Origin: a virus
Taxonomy: Duplodnaviria; Caudoviricetes
IMG/VR virus record: IMGVR_UViG_3300029288_000116
Span: 1 to 64,000 of that record
DNA length: 64,000 nucleotides
Strand: one strand, 5' to 3'
Below are positions 37,967-47,717 of this stretch, piece after piece. The notes beneath the pieces are model-generated. The model had not been told where the DNA came from, did not search any database, and was given only the letters and a program-made list of their open reading frames with translations. Made by a program: the position numbers and the translations under genes. How positions within the stretch are numbered: position 1 is the stretch's first letter; the number at the start of each line of letters is the position of its first letter.

Positions 37967-38161
37967 TTATTGAGCTGTTTTTATGTTACTTTGTGCTTGT
38001 ATTTCCTCTTTAAGCTGTTTGATTACGAGATTTAGAAAAGCCTCTCTTTCAAAGTCGCTCAGCATTGCACTTTCGGTTAGTGAAATTCCGGCGTATTTAC
38101 TCAAATAATATTGTTCTTCTACCAATGCCTCTATCGTTGCACCTTCCGTAACGATAGATTT
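37967..38161 (-). CDS. gp51-like baseplate hub assembly chaperone, probably reached by -1 frameshift from gp26
   Basis: Not in the ORF track; KSIVTEGATIEALVEEQYYLSKYAGISLTESAMLSDFEREAFLNLVIKQLKEE; SLTE..M...ER motif. Confidence 0.7.
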   Translation of the reverse strand, partial: KSIVTEGATIEALVEEQYYLSKYAGISLTESAMLSDFEREAFLNLVIKQLKEEIQAQSNIKTAQ

Positions 38162-38889
38162 TAGAATAAAAAACTTTCTAAAGATATGTTGATCTCTTCC
38201 TCAGATTTGCACCCATCGCACTTCATCTTATACTTAAATTCAACTCCAAAATTAAGATTATCGAACCAATCTCTAATCTTTTCATAAAGTCCTTCGGGAA
38301 TCATATTAACGAATTCATATGCATCTTCAGCAGTTGGTACTGATTCTCCATCTGGGGTTACTATCTTTTTAATACATAGCGCGTGCGACCATAAGGCCTG
38401 ATCAATCATTCTCTGTTGATATTCAAGATCTTTATTTACTTTGGTTGCTGCAACCTTCTGAACTCCACGAGTTAAAATTTGCAATTCAACCGCAATATTA
38501 TCATCTAATTTTACAGAAGTATCATATTTTCCTAGCTTTTTTGTATGTAACTTACTAAGATCGATACTTTGCATTGTTTGTGAAGAACACTTGGGACAAT
38601 TATATACAAATTTGTAAAGATTGCCTTTAGTTCTCCGTCTTATAGCTACAAGTAAAAAGAACCGATCTTCTAGGTATAACTCGTCAATGTTAAAACCTTC
38701 ATCTACAACAGATCCAACAATTAGATCATCTAAAGCCGTTTCTGAATCATCATCCCCAGTACCGTAGGACAAAAGCCTTTTAAGTTGAAAAGTGTTAAAC
38801 GGTTTTATTTTAACTTTCTTTCCAGATCCAGGTAAAGTTTCAGAAAACTCATAACAATTTAAATACTTTTGGACATTTTCTAATGACAC
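38161..38889 (-). CDS. gp26: baseplate hub subunit / tail assembly chaperone (T4 gp26-like)
   Basis: LPGSGKKVKIKPF...K.LL, D.FFL..IR..TKG, CPKC ... CDGC, L.SF. Confidence 0.85.
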   Translation of the reverse strand: MSLENVQKYLNCYEFSETLPGSGKKVKIKPFNTFQLKRLLSYGTGDDDSETALDDLIVGSVVDEGFNIDELYLEDRFFLLVAIRRRTKGNLYKFVYNCPKCSSQTMQSIDLSKLHTKKLGKYDTSVKLDDNIAVELQILTRGVQKVAATKVNKDLEYQQRMIDQALWSHALCIKKIVTPDGESVPTAEDAYEFVNMIPEGLYEKIRDWFDNLNFGVEFKYKMKCDGCKSEEEINISLESFLF

Positions 38890-38955
38890 AATCTATTTCT
38901 CCTTAGTCTATTCTAACATAAAAATTATATCATACTACTTAATATTGTAAACTAT

Positions 38956-39486
38956 TTACACATAAGTGAAGTATGTATAGCTGAAAGTAACATCAAAGGT
39001 AGCAAAATCAGTGGTCTGACTCATATCCAATTGCAGATCGCCAACTTCTGACGGCCATGCAAATTGAAGATTATATACTAGAGAAGTAGTAAAAGTCTTC
39101 GGATTTAATAAATAGAGACTTTGTTCTCTAAAATATTCACTAGGCATTGCGTGTTTATTTGTCTTAGGATTTAAAATAAAATCCTGCCAAGCTAAAAATG
39201 CTTTTCTAATATAAGCATTTACGTCTACATTAAATGTACACGTTAGATTATTATAAGTCCTCTTTCCTGCTGTCTTATAATCGAAACCTTGCCACTGAGT
39301 TATGTTCTCATCAATTGTGCTGGACGGTAGGTTAGCAGTCTTTACCAAGAACCTTGCGTTCGGAACCAAAGAAATTTCGGCAGGAAAGTTAGGTTCAAAA
39401 TAAAATAGATAAGCTCTTGCCCCAGTTTCAAAATTACTTTTAAAAGCGTCAATGTTAAGCTCATTAGCATTAGGTGTATTTGCCAT
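38956..39486 (-). CDS. gp19: tail tube protein (T4 gp19-like)
   Basis: ARAYLF, LP..TI, AG.RTY, AWP..VG.LQLD, F.VTF.Y. Confidence 0.9.
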   Translation of the reverse strand: MANTPNANELNIDAFKSNFETGARAYLFYFEPNFPAEISLVPNARFLVKTANLPSSTIDENITQWQGFDYKTAGKRTYNNLTCTFNVDVNAYIRKAFLAWQDFILNPKTNKHAMPSEYFREQSLYLLNPKTFTTSLVYNLQFAWPSEVGDLQLDMSQTTDFATFDVTFSYTYFTYV

Positions 39487-39507
39487 AATATATCTCCTTC
39501 AAGATGC

Positions 39508-39531
39508 GGAGCTGAGCCTTAACTCAGCTCC
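39508..39531. other. intercistronic hairpin between gp18 and gp19
   Basis: GGAGCTGAG/CTCAGCTCC 9-bp stem with no U-tract. Confidence 0.6.
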
Positions 39532-39548
39532 CAAGTAGTTGTTATTGT

Positions 39549-41315
39549 TTAGACTTCTGCGAAACTAGTCCCGGTTTTCGTGCCCACAAAGTGCAAGCGA
39601 ATGTAGGTGATAGCGTAAACGGGTTTAACGTAAAAGTCTCCTCTTAGTTCTCCCTTTGCAATAGTTTCTGCTGTGTTATTGCTATCATCGCAAACAAGCT
39701 TGTAATCTTCAATGAGACCCTTACCTTTAGCGTCCGCAAAAATTGGGGTTACGTCACTAAGGAACTGTTGACGCTTAATCGCGGTATTAGGTTCCTGTAA
39801 ATAATACTTAGAAACGTCAGACACTTTCTTTTCAAGAATTAGAAAAGTTAGTCTACCATGTACATACCCGAAAATAGACTCTTTTTGTAACATGGTTTTC
39901 TGAGTCCAAATATATTTACCTTGCCCAGCTAGACTTACAACGCTGTTAACATTATGCTTATAAATTTCGTCTCTTTCAGCTAAAGAAGGATTCCATGCTA
40001 GTCTACGAATGCCGTCTAATTTAGCTCTGTTCAAACCTGCTGGGGCTAATCCGCCTGCATCAACACACTTAACATATACGCCGGCTGCATAACCAGAGAA
40101 CGGAACCCAACGATAACGATTAGCATACTTATCTTTAATATCTATCCATGTACCATAAGCTGCAGCGTAACTAGAATTAAAGTCTGAGTAGGCTGCATAA
40201 AGACCTACACTCCAAGTTACCAAATCGTCGGCTTCATTTCCGACATTATTGATTACACTGGCACTTAGACAGTCTGGAATGAACATACAATCTTTACGAG
40301 TATTACATACCTGCATCATTGTGAGCTTAGATGCATTAGGTTTATCACCATCAATAAATACATTGATGGTGTTATCTTCTGCATTAGCGTAGAGGTTAAT
40401 TGCGGCATCCATTACTGTAGTAGAAGGAGCTTCGTTCCCATCAATGCCTGCGCCTACATTATCAGTATTTGTTCCGCCCCCAAGAACTTGCCAAGAAGAG
40501 GTTGCAAAATTAGCAAGAGCCTGGTTCTTATAAGTAGGATTGAGAGTAACTCTAATATAATCAGAATTTTCATTAATCTTACTTTCTACATACATTGCTT
40601 GAGAAAGGTCATCAACCTTTGTTTCATCTGTAGACACATTAAAAGCTTCTACAAAGGCCCAATTACTTTCTACAGTAGTGTCAGAACTTTGTAGACATTC
40701 TTGGACTATAACTAAGAATTCCTTAGTAGATTCTAGTTGAGAATCTACACTACGAATAGCAGCATAAGTATCCCAAGATGCGTGAAGTTTTTGGCGAATT
40801 AAATCATAATTAGTTTTATCACACACAGCAACTCTTAGATAATTACCAGAGTAGCCTCTATATGCAGCGATAATATACATTACATAAGGATCAGGACAAG
40901 CTACTTCATCAGCAAAAGCATCCGGATCAGAAATAGCCCCAACACCAGTACCCAATGTATAGGCTGTTGCTGAGGTCATTTCGCTAAAGGTAGCCGATGT
41001 TCCTACAGTTGCTTTTGTCCCAGAGAAAGTTGAAGAAGTTGGCATAACTCTTGTACAATAAAGATTATTAGAACTCTTTAAAAATCCTATAGCCGAAAAC
41101 ATATCACAGTAACACGGAGCATATGTGGTCGGGGTTCCAAACTTAGTTACTAAGTCTGTTTCATTTATTACTAAAATTGTGTCGTTTTCTCTACCTCTCC
41201 ATGTATTCCTGAGAATAATGGCACCAGCAGGCCCAGTTACTTCTTCGTTATACTGAGTTTGATCTTCCTCAGTTATAGAAATTTGCGGTGAAATTAAATC
41301 TACTAGTTCTGGCAT
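39549..41315 (-). CDS. gp18: contractile tail sheath protein (T4 gp18-like)
   Basis: SP.I.I.E.D, FG.P, RKDC, DKY...RWVP.SG, APAG.NR, RD.IY...VN, EPN, CD.SNNT. Confidence 0.93.
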   Translation of the reverse strand: MPELVDLISPQISITEEDQTQYNEEVTGPAGAIILRNTWRGRENDTILVINETDLVTKFGTPTTYAPCYCDMFSAIGFLKSSNNLYCTRVMPTSSTFSGTKATVGTSATFSEMTSATAYTLGTGVGAISDPDAFADEVACPDPYVMYIIAAYRGYSGNYLRVAVCDKTNYDLIRQKLHASWDTYAAIRSVDSQLESTKEFLVIVQECLQSSDTTVESNWAFVEAFNVSTDETKVDDLSQAMYVESKINENSDYIRVTLNPTYKNQALANFATSSWQVLGGGTNTDNVGAGIDGNEAPSTTVMDAAINLYANAEDNTINVFIDGDKPNASKLTMMQVCNTRKDCMFIPDCLSASVINNVGNEADDLVTWSVGLYAAYSDFNSSYAAAYGTWIDIKDKYANRYRWVPFSGYAAGVYVKCVDAGGLAPAGLNRAKLDGIRRLAWNPSLAERDEIYKHNVNSVVSLAGQGKYIWTQKTMLQKESIFGYVHGRLTFLILEKKVSDVSKYYLQEPNTAIKRQQFLSDVTPIFADAKGKGLIEDYKLVCDDSNNTAETIAKGELRGDFYVKPVYAITYIRLHFVGTKTGTSFAEV

Positions 41316-41512
41316 TGTTCAAATCTCCTTTGTCGGTGAACCGAAGGATCGTTCAGCTCACTCTTGTTTGGGTTATATGGTATAGACAACACATATTTAA
41401 AATTTTGTTTTGGGTCTAAAGGTCGGTAATTCGTACTAGAATGTTCGTCGTTAGTAGTCGTCGTTTGTATATAAGTATTTATTAAAAAATTTCAGATTTT
41501 ATCAAAAAATTA

Positions 41513-41560
41513 GTTTCAGGGGCTTGATGAGTATGATATAATAAACTAAAAGCTTGGAGG
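41513..41560 (+). promoter_or_regulatory. repeated early promoter/leader cassette
   Basis: GTTTCAG-17 nt-TATAAT-AAACTAAAAGCTTGGAGG. Confidence 0.85.
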
Positions 41561-41570
41561 AAAGGAAAAC

Positions 41571-41867
41571 ATGAGTAAATGGGTAAAGATGTGGAAATCA
41601 TATAACAGTGGTCCTGGAGAACCTGTTTATTTTGAATTTGAAAAAAATGAAGATATTAAAAATCTAATAGAGTATTGGGAGGAAGAAGAGTATTGGGATG
41701 AAGGTTATTATGATATTCTATGGGAACAAATTGATAAACCTCCAAAGGAATGGCTTGAAAAGGAAATTAAAGAATACGCTAAAAAATCTAAAAATTTATA
41801 CAAAAATTATCGCAGAGCCAAAATTGCTATAGAAGATACCATTAAAAATTATAAACTTCTTCTATGA
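41571..41867 (+). CDS. hypothetical early protein (paralog of 42224..42517)
   Basis: Shared W.K.W, DI..LI.Y, WE.IDKPP.EWL.KEI, KNLY.NY. Confidence 0.8.
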   Translation: MSKWVKMWKSYNSGPGEPVYFEFEKNEDIKNLIEYWEEEEYWDEGYYDILWEQIDKPPKEWLEKEIKEYAKKSKNLYKNYRRAKIAIEDTIKNYKLLL

Positions 41868-41884
41868 TAAGGAGGTAGAGAAAT

Positions 41885-42070
41885 ATGAACCAGAAATTGC
41901 CTATGAGATATGATGTGGAATATGAGGGTGTACTTACTACGATCTATGAGGATATTTCCGGGGAATTTGAAACCTTAGTGGAAGCTAAGGAGGCGGCAAT
42001 AAAACATTTACACGGCATAATTGAAATGGCCGTATATCAAATAACCCACATTGCAGCAATGCAAAAATAA
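41885..42070 (+). CDS. hypothetical early protein
   Basis: AAGGAGG RBS. Confidence 0.65.
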   Translation: MNQKLPMRYDVEYEGVLTTIYEDISGEFETLVEAKEAAIKHLHGIIEMAVYQITHIAAMQK

Positions 42071-42223
42071 ATTCTAGGAGGAAACTCTGATGGATAAGGA
42101 GCCTTTTGAAATTTGCGATTGGTGCGGAGAAGGGGTACATTGGATCAATTCTCTGGGCTACTGTAAAAAATGTGTGGAGTGGCACATCAAGCAACACCAT
42201 AAAGAAAATAAGGAGAAAGAAAA

Positions 42224-42517
42224 ATGTGGTTAAAAATATGGAGAGATAGTAGTGCAATGGCCGGGAGACCTCACTACGCCGAGTATGAAACTGAAAATGA
42301 TATTGAGGGATTAATAGATTATTTCGACGAAATGATTTATGGCGATGGCTACCATTATATTGAATGGGAAAAAATAGATAAACCCCCAATCGAATGGTTA
42401 AAGAAAGAAATACAGAGAAAAGCAGAAACACTAAAGAATTTATATGCTAACTATAAAGAGAACCGCCATAATTTACAAGAGTTTATTAAGCATTATAAAT
42501 CTTTAATTAAATCATAG
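42224..42517 (+). CDS. hypothetical early protein (paralog of 41571..41867)
   Basis: AAGGAG RBS; motifs shared with the paralog. Confidence 0.8.
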   Translation: MWLKIWRDSSAMAGRPHYAEYETENDIEGLIDYFDEMIYGDGYHYIEWEKIDKPPIEWLKKEIQRKAETLKNLYANYKENRHNLQEFIKHYKSLIKS

Positions 42518-42694
42518 GAGGTAAGAAAAATGGCTAAAAAGGCAAAAGGTTCTGCAGGGAATGGCAAGTCTGTTCGTAAAGTATTTTACTCTGTGTGGGA
42601 CTACGAAAAGAAGGCCGAAATAAAAGTTTCTGAGCCTTCTAGGTCTGAACGTAATCGACGTATTAGACTAGGTTCTATAGTATAAGGAGGTAAA

Positions 42695-42877
42695 ATGGAC
42701 ATTTTTAATCCGTTTCCGTCTTTGGATAAAAATATAGAGGAGATTAAAAAATTGAGAGAGGCTTATGATCTTCTGGTTTCTATTCATCTTGAAATTGGGT
42801 CATATGGGCAAGGGAAACTGTCTCAAGAACTTCTGTTTAAAATGAATGATTTCTTTGAGTTTGACGACTCTGAATAA
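42695..42877 (+). CDS. hypothetical early protein
   Basis: AAGGAGG RBS. Confidence 0.65.
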   Translation: MDIFNPFPSLDKNIEEIKKLREAYDLLVSIHLEIGSYGQGKLSQELLFKMNDFFEFDDSE

Positions 42878-42889
42878 AGGAGATAGTAC

Positions 42890-43093
42890 ATGTCTAGTCC
42901 CAATATACAGTTACTAAAGGCCACTTTAGAAAATCTTGCAAAAGAACTAAAATCTAATAGACCAATGATTTACGGAATAGATGGTGCATGGGCTCAAGGA
43001 TACCAAGGGGGCCAATGGGATGCCGGATTTCATATTGAGGAATTACTAAAAGACTTTTTTGATTATGAAAAACCTGTTTCAGAAACCTCTTAG
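42890..43093 (+). CDS. hypothetical early protein
   Basis: AAGGAG RBS. Confidence 0.65.
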   Translation: MSSPNIQLLKATLENLAKELKSNRPMIYGIDGAWAQGYQGGQWDAGFHIEELLKDFFDYEKPVSETS

Positions 43094-43123
43094 GTATGTT
43101 ATAATAAACTAAAACTTTGGAGG
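43076..43123 (+). promoter_or_regulatory. repeated early promoter/leader cassette
   Basis: GTTTCAG-17 nt-TATAAT-AAACTAAAACTTTGGAGG. Confidence 0.85.
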
Positions 43124-43130
43124 TAAAAGG

Positions 43131-43424
43131 GTGATTAAAGTTTATCATAATAAAAATTTCCTTAATATTCCTTCATGGAAATGGGGTACTGAAGTTAAAC
43201 CTGAAATCGTAGATTTAAAATGGGTGGCAACAGTCGATACGGACGATCTTAATGCGGCTTTTGAAAAAACGAACCATATTGATTGCGCATGGGAATATAA
43301 TGAAGAAGTAAGTTCTTGTCTTATTAAACAAAGGTCTACTTCTTGTGGAGATGTCCTTATACATGGAGATAAAGCGTATGTGGTTGCGGCTGTAGGGTTT
43401 GTCGAGATTGATAACCTTTATTAG
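43131..43424 (+). CDS. YodL-like domain protein
   Basis: DL..AFE.TN..., RSTSCGDV (compare YodL RSLSVGDV), Y.VA.VGF. Confidence 0.55.
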   Translation: MIKVYHNKNFLNIPSWKWGTEVKPEIVDLKWVATVDTDDLNAAFEKTNHIDCAWEYNEEVSSCLIKQRSTSCGDVLIHGDKAYVVAAVGFVEIDNLY

Positions 43425-43432
43425 GTTATTTA

Positions 43433-43477
43433 GTTTCAGAATTTAGGTTAATGTATTATAAACTAAAACTTTGGAGG
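43433..43477 (+). promoter_or_regulatory. degenerate copy of the early cassette (14-nt spacer, TATTAT)
   Basis: GTTTCAG-14 nt-TATTAT-AAACTAAAACTTTGGAGG. Confidence 0.7.
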
Positions 43478-43482
43478 TTGCC

Positions 43483-43731
43483 GTGAACCGAAAACAATTT
43501 ATAGAACTTGTTAAAGAAGCCGAAAAAGGCTCGGTTTACAAAGATGAAGCAGATCTTTGGGAATCTTTGCGGCCGTTTGATGGACTGGCTCTCCATAAAG
43601 AAAGAAGGATGGCAACCAAAAAAGCGGTAATTAATTTCATTCGTTATCAAGCCCTCCAAATGAACGGTAATTGGGACTGGGATGAACTTGAAACCCTTCA
43701 ATATTGTTTTCGTAGAGTGGATCTAATTTAG
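43483..43731 (+). CDS. hypothetical early protein
   Basis: GTG start after the cassette GGAGG. Confidence 0.7.
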   Translation: MNRKQFIELVKEAEKGSVYKDEADLWESLRPFDGLALHKERRMATKKAVINFIRYQALQMNGNWDWDELETLQYCFRRVDLI

Positions 43732-43741
43732 AGGAGGTATT

Positions 43742-43990
43742 ATGTTAATCACCAAAAAATATGTTGACAAAATCGCACCATTTCACGGAAGGACTTCCTG
43801 TGACGATATTAATAGAAATAATGCTTATGGTGGGTGGGATAAAACATATAATTCAAAAACCGGAGCAAAAAATATTATACTTCCTCGTTGTGCTCGATGT
43901 TATCTTCTTGATTCTATTGGGTGTGATACTATGGACTTAGAATTTGAACCTGTAGTTGAAGTTTGGTTGAAGTATAAAGGAGAACGGTAA
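43742..43990 (+). CDS. hypothetical protein
   Basis: GAGGAGG RBS; H.RTSC.D and RC.RC.LL. Confidence 0.7.
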   Translation: MLITKKYVDKIAPFHGRTSCDDINRNNAYGGWDKTYNSKTGAKNIILPRCARCYLLDSIGCDTMDLEFEPVVEVWLKYKGER

Positions 43991-43992
43991 TC

Positions 43993-44292
43993 ATGAATAA
44001 AGTGGTCATTCCCAACTACAGATTTTCCAATTGGAGCCGAGGTCAAAGCAAACCAGGTTCTTGGAAAATAGTATTGGAATATGACCCAAAAGATGTACCT
44101 AAGGATATTGTCTTAACAGAAAAAGCGAAAGAAGTTTGGAAAAAGGAAAAGAGTATTTTTGGATATGCAAACTTTCGAGGACTTAAAACTGGAGACATAT
44201 TATCTATAATCTCAGCAGCAAGGCGATCCGAGGTAAATTTAGGCGCTTCAAGAATGGGTTGGGTATGTTCATATAAAATTAAGGATCGTTAA
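43993..44292 (+). CDS. hypothetical protein
   Basis: AAGGAG RBS. Confidence 0.65.
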   Translation: MNKVVIPNYRFSNWSRGQSKPGSWKIVLEYDPKDVPKDIVLTEKAKEVWKKEKSIFGYANFRGLKTGDILSIISAARRSEVNLGASRMGWVCSYKIKDR

Positions 44293-44858
44293 TATGGAAA
44301 AATGGCAAAAAAGAATGCAAATGCTTAAAAGGTTTAAAAAAGCTAGACTGAAAAAGAAACTTATTAAGAGATGTCTGTTATGTGGTCAAATAATTTCAGA
44401 GGAGAGATAAAATGAACCATAAAATAAATAAAATATTTGTTGCGTTGAACGATACAGCCAAAAAGAGACACATCAAAATCCGAGATCTTCAATATGAAGA
44501 GATTTCCCAAATAGTAAAAACTTATTCTGCTAGTGAAGAAGATTTTTATTTTTTATGGGAAAGTATTATGAAAACCGGACTTGTAAAATAATTTTTGGAG
44601 GATCACTATGGAAGACAAAGAATACGCAAAAAATCAAATTGTAATTCATTCTCTATTAGCTCAATGGTGGATGACCAGAGCACTTAGCTGAGAGGTTAAA
44701 CGGATGGATTTATATCACGTTGAGGGAAGTTATGGAGAGTATCCTAGAGATGAGTTCGCCAATGAAGAAAAGGTTTCTTATGCTGTTGATGCAGCCAAAA
44801 GGCAGATAGACATTATAAAAGATATTAATGATAAGGTTTTTGGGAGGGATGGTAGTTT

Positions 44859-45377
44859 ATGAAATTATTATTTTGTGAAAAATGCGGAGAAATTATTCCT
44901 ATACCGGCCCCTAAAAATAAAATAATATATTGTTCATGTGGTAATATTGGAGGAATATATCAAGATAATTGCGTTTATGCAAATATATATCTGAGGGATG
45001 AAGAATCGTTTCATACATCCAAAGTTTTGGGTTTGAATAATTCAATATTATTAGGACTAGAAAAACAAATAGTTTGTAATGTAGGTGAATGGAATGACAG
45101 TCAACTATCAATATTTGTTGATGGGACTCCTATCAAATATGAGGAAATTAAATGGCCTACATACACTGGTTCGGATTTGGGATCAGCCTTTAATTATTTG
45201 TTAAAAGAGATAGGTAAAGAATTAAAAGATATAAGTTTCATAAAGGATCAAAAAATAAAGTTTAAGGATGGAGGATATGTACTATTAGCTGAACAACCGG
45301 CAAACAAGGATTTTATTTATGTTTCCGTACAGAAAAAAGACGGATATTTGATAGAAACTAAGCTTTTAAGATATTAA
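44859..45377 (+). CDS. hypothetical protein with N-terminal Zn ribbon
   Basis: MKLL.C.KC....CSCG. Confidence 0.7.
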   Translation: MKLLFCEKCGEIIPIPAPKNKIIYCSCGNIGGIYQDNCVYANIYLRDEESFHTSKVLGLNNSILLGLEKQIVCNVGEWNDSQLSIFVDGTPIKYEEIKWPTYTGSDLGSAFNYLLKEIGKELKDISFIKDQKIKFKDGGYVLLAEQPANKDFIYVSVQKKDGYLIETKLLRY

Positions 45378-45392
45378 GGAGAAGAAAAAAAA

Positions 45393-46217
45393 GTGATATG
45401 CTATTTTCATGAAGACTTGGATGGGATATGTTCAGCGGCCATTATAAAACACAAATATCCATGGGTGGAACTTATTCCTTTAAATTATGGAGATGATTAC
45501 GATGAAAAAATCTTCTCTAGAAATTTTAAAAATGAAACTATTTTTTTTGTAGATATAACCACACAACCGGTATCCATAATGAGTGAGTTGACTATATTAA
45601 ACCGAGTGATTATTCTCGATCACCACATCACCGCCATTAATAATATTAAAGCTTTGAATTGGGAGCCTGAAGGTATTTTAGACACATCAAAAGCTGGTTG
45701 CGAGTTAGCTTGGCAATATTGTTTTCCATATCAAGAACTTCCACTTCCTGTTTATTATCTTGGAAGGTATGATGTTTGGGATCATAGTAACGAATTAACT
45801 TTACCGTTTCAGTATGGTATGAGACTATTAAATTTGGCACCAGATTCACATTATTGGAAATATCTTTTTGCTGGGCATAAAGACTCCTATGCCCTAATCA
45901 TCGAAGACGGAGAACTTGTTATTGAGTGGGAAAAAACTCAAAATGCTAAAAGGGCAGCAAACGCCTTTGAAGCAGAGTTTGAAGGCTTAAGAGCTATCGT
46001 TTGTAATGGGGATAGTGGTTCACCTTTGTTTGATTCAGTATATAATGAAGATAAACATGATATTATGGTTAGTTTTATATACACGAAAAATAAAGTTTGG
46101 ACCTATGGTCTTTATTCTACAAAGCCAGATGTGAATTGCGGAGAAATAGCTAAGAGGCGTGGGGGTGGGGGCCATTTTTCAGCGTCAGGATTTCAAAGTA
46201 AAAAATTCTTGTTTTGA
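45393..46217 (+). CDS. DHH/DHHA1 family phosphoesterase
   Basis: H.DLDG.CSA, FVD, LDHH, GGGGH..ASGF. Confidence 0.92.
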   Translation: MICYFHEDLDGICSAAIIKHKYPWVELIPLNYGDDYDEKIFSRNFKNETIFFVDITTQPVSIMSELTILNRVIILDHHITAINNIKALNWEPEGILDTSKAGCELAWQYCFPYQELPLPVYYLGRYDVWDHSNELTLPFQYGMRLLNLAPDSHYWKYLFAGHKDSYALIIEDGELVIEWEKTQNAKRAANAFEAEFEGLRAIVCNGDSGSPLFDSVYNEDKHDIMVSFIYTKNKVWTYGLYSTKPDVNCGEIAKRRGGGGHFSASGFQSKKFLF

Positions 46218-46836
46218 AGGAGTTAACAAATGAAACTGGGTAAAATTCAATCATGTGGAAACATATGTTATGTATCTACCTCAATCGATGAAGTAACTTT
46301 AACGTTTGGTAGAGGTGAACTTGATGAGTGGGGGTTTTGGGAAATTCCATGCGAAATATGTGCTCAGAACCATAAAAAAGCTTATCCTAATGATTTGGTT
46401 TGGCCGGATAAAGATATATGTGATGAGCCTAGTTAAAGGAGAATATTAATGAGATTCCCAAGTAAAAAATCTTCAGGAAAATTTCCTAACAAACTAATAT
46501 TTGCGTTTTTGCCGCGTAGGTGTACGAAGTGTAGAGACACTATATGGTTGGAAGGTATTATTAAATCTTGGTATTATGGACTTAATAGATTTACATGTCT
46601 AAAATGTTATAGTAATGAATAGAGGAGTTATTAAATGAAATATGAGCCGGAATGTGATATGATGTGGGACAAAAATGGGTACATAGCTCGTAGATATTGG
46701 GATAATGTATTTTGTAAATTCTGTGGAGCTCCATTAAGCCCTAATGAGAGTTATGGTGAAGGTCCAGGCGATGGACCTGGAATGTGTATAGAATGTGTAA
46801 GAATTATTTTTAATGAAGTAGAGGAGGAGATGACAA

Positions 46837-47298
46837 ATGCAGAAACTTAGAGATTTTTGCGCTATAGAAATTATGGAATGGGTTCCTCCAAAACAATTAC
46901 CGGAAGGAAGATATTATGATGTTAAAGAAAATGAAGAACTAGGTATTGGATATACTATAGGCTGGAGACATGAAGATGGCACTTTTTACTCCAATAAAGA
47001 ACTAGAACCCTACGAATATTGGAGAACAAAAAATGGGGAAATTGTTAAGGCCCCATGGGGTGGGTATCTTACTAGGGGACAATATACAAGATGGCAACCA
47101 GATAATATTTATAATGGGCAAGCTTTTCTATTAATTGATAAGATCAGAGAAACTAGAAGTGTAGAAATTTATTTTCATAAGAGCAATGGTCTTGATGATG
47201 GAGTTTCTGTAAGAATAGATGATGGGTCATGGTGGTGGGATAAAAGTCTATTTTTAGTTTTGATTAATGCCTATACGGGGATGACATATGGATATTAA
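46837..47298 (+). CDS. hypothetical phage protein
   Basis: GAGGAGGAG RBS; 153 aa ORF. Confidence 0.7.
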   Translation: MQKLRDFCAIEIMEWVPPKQLPEGRYYDVKENEELGIGYTIGWRHEDGTFYSNKELEPYEYWRTKNGEIVKAPWGGYLTRGQYTRWQPDNIYNGQAFLLIDKIRETRSVEIYFHKSNGLDDGVSVRIDDGSWWWDKSLFLVLINAYTGMTYGY

Positions 47299-47450
47299 AA
47301 AAGTTCAAAATGCTTTGTTAGGACTAGCTTTATCTGAACATAAGGGAGAAGTAAATGACGAAATTCCGATTTTATGTGAGGCTTTAGGTATTTTGTGTAA
47401 ATGGTCAGATAAATGGGAAAGATACATATTCTCATGGGAGTCAATATGGT

Positions 47451-47717
47451 ATGAATCAGAAGACTAAGAACATAATTAAAGGAATTCTTCTCATAGCTGT
47501 TCCTTTAATTATAATTATTGTGATAGGATACTATTATGTTCAAAACACTTTTAATTCCACTATGTCGCCAATAACAAAAGGATTTGGAGGAATTACAATA
47601 AACAATCCTCCAGTAGGGCTATTTGATAGTTTAGCACAAATACTTATAGGACTAGGTATTTGTCTTTCAAGTGTTTGTTGGGGTGTAGCTAAAGTTATTA
47701 AAGCATTGAGAACTTAG
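47451..47717 (+). CDS. two-TM membrane protein
   Basis: Two hydrophobic segments. Confidence 0.65.
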   Translation: MNQKTKNIIKGILLIAVPLIIIIVIGYYYVQNTFNSTMSPITKGFGGITINNPPVGLFDSLAQILIGLGICLSSVCWGVAKVIKALRT

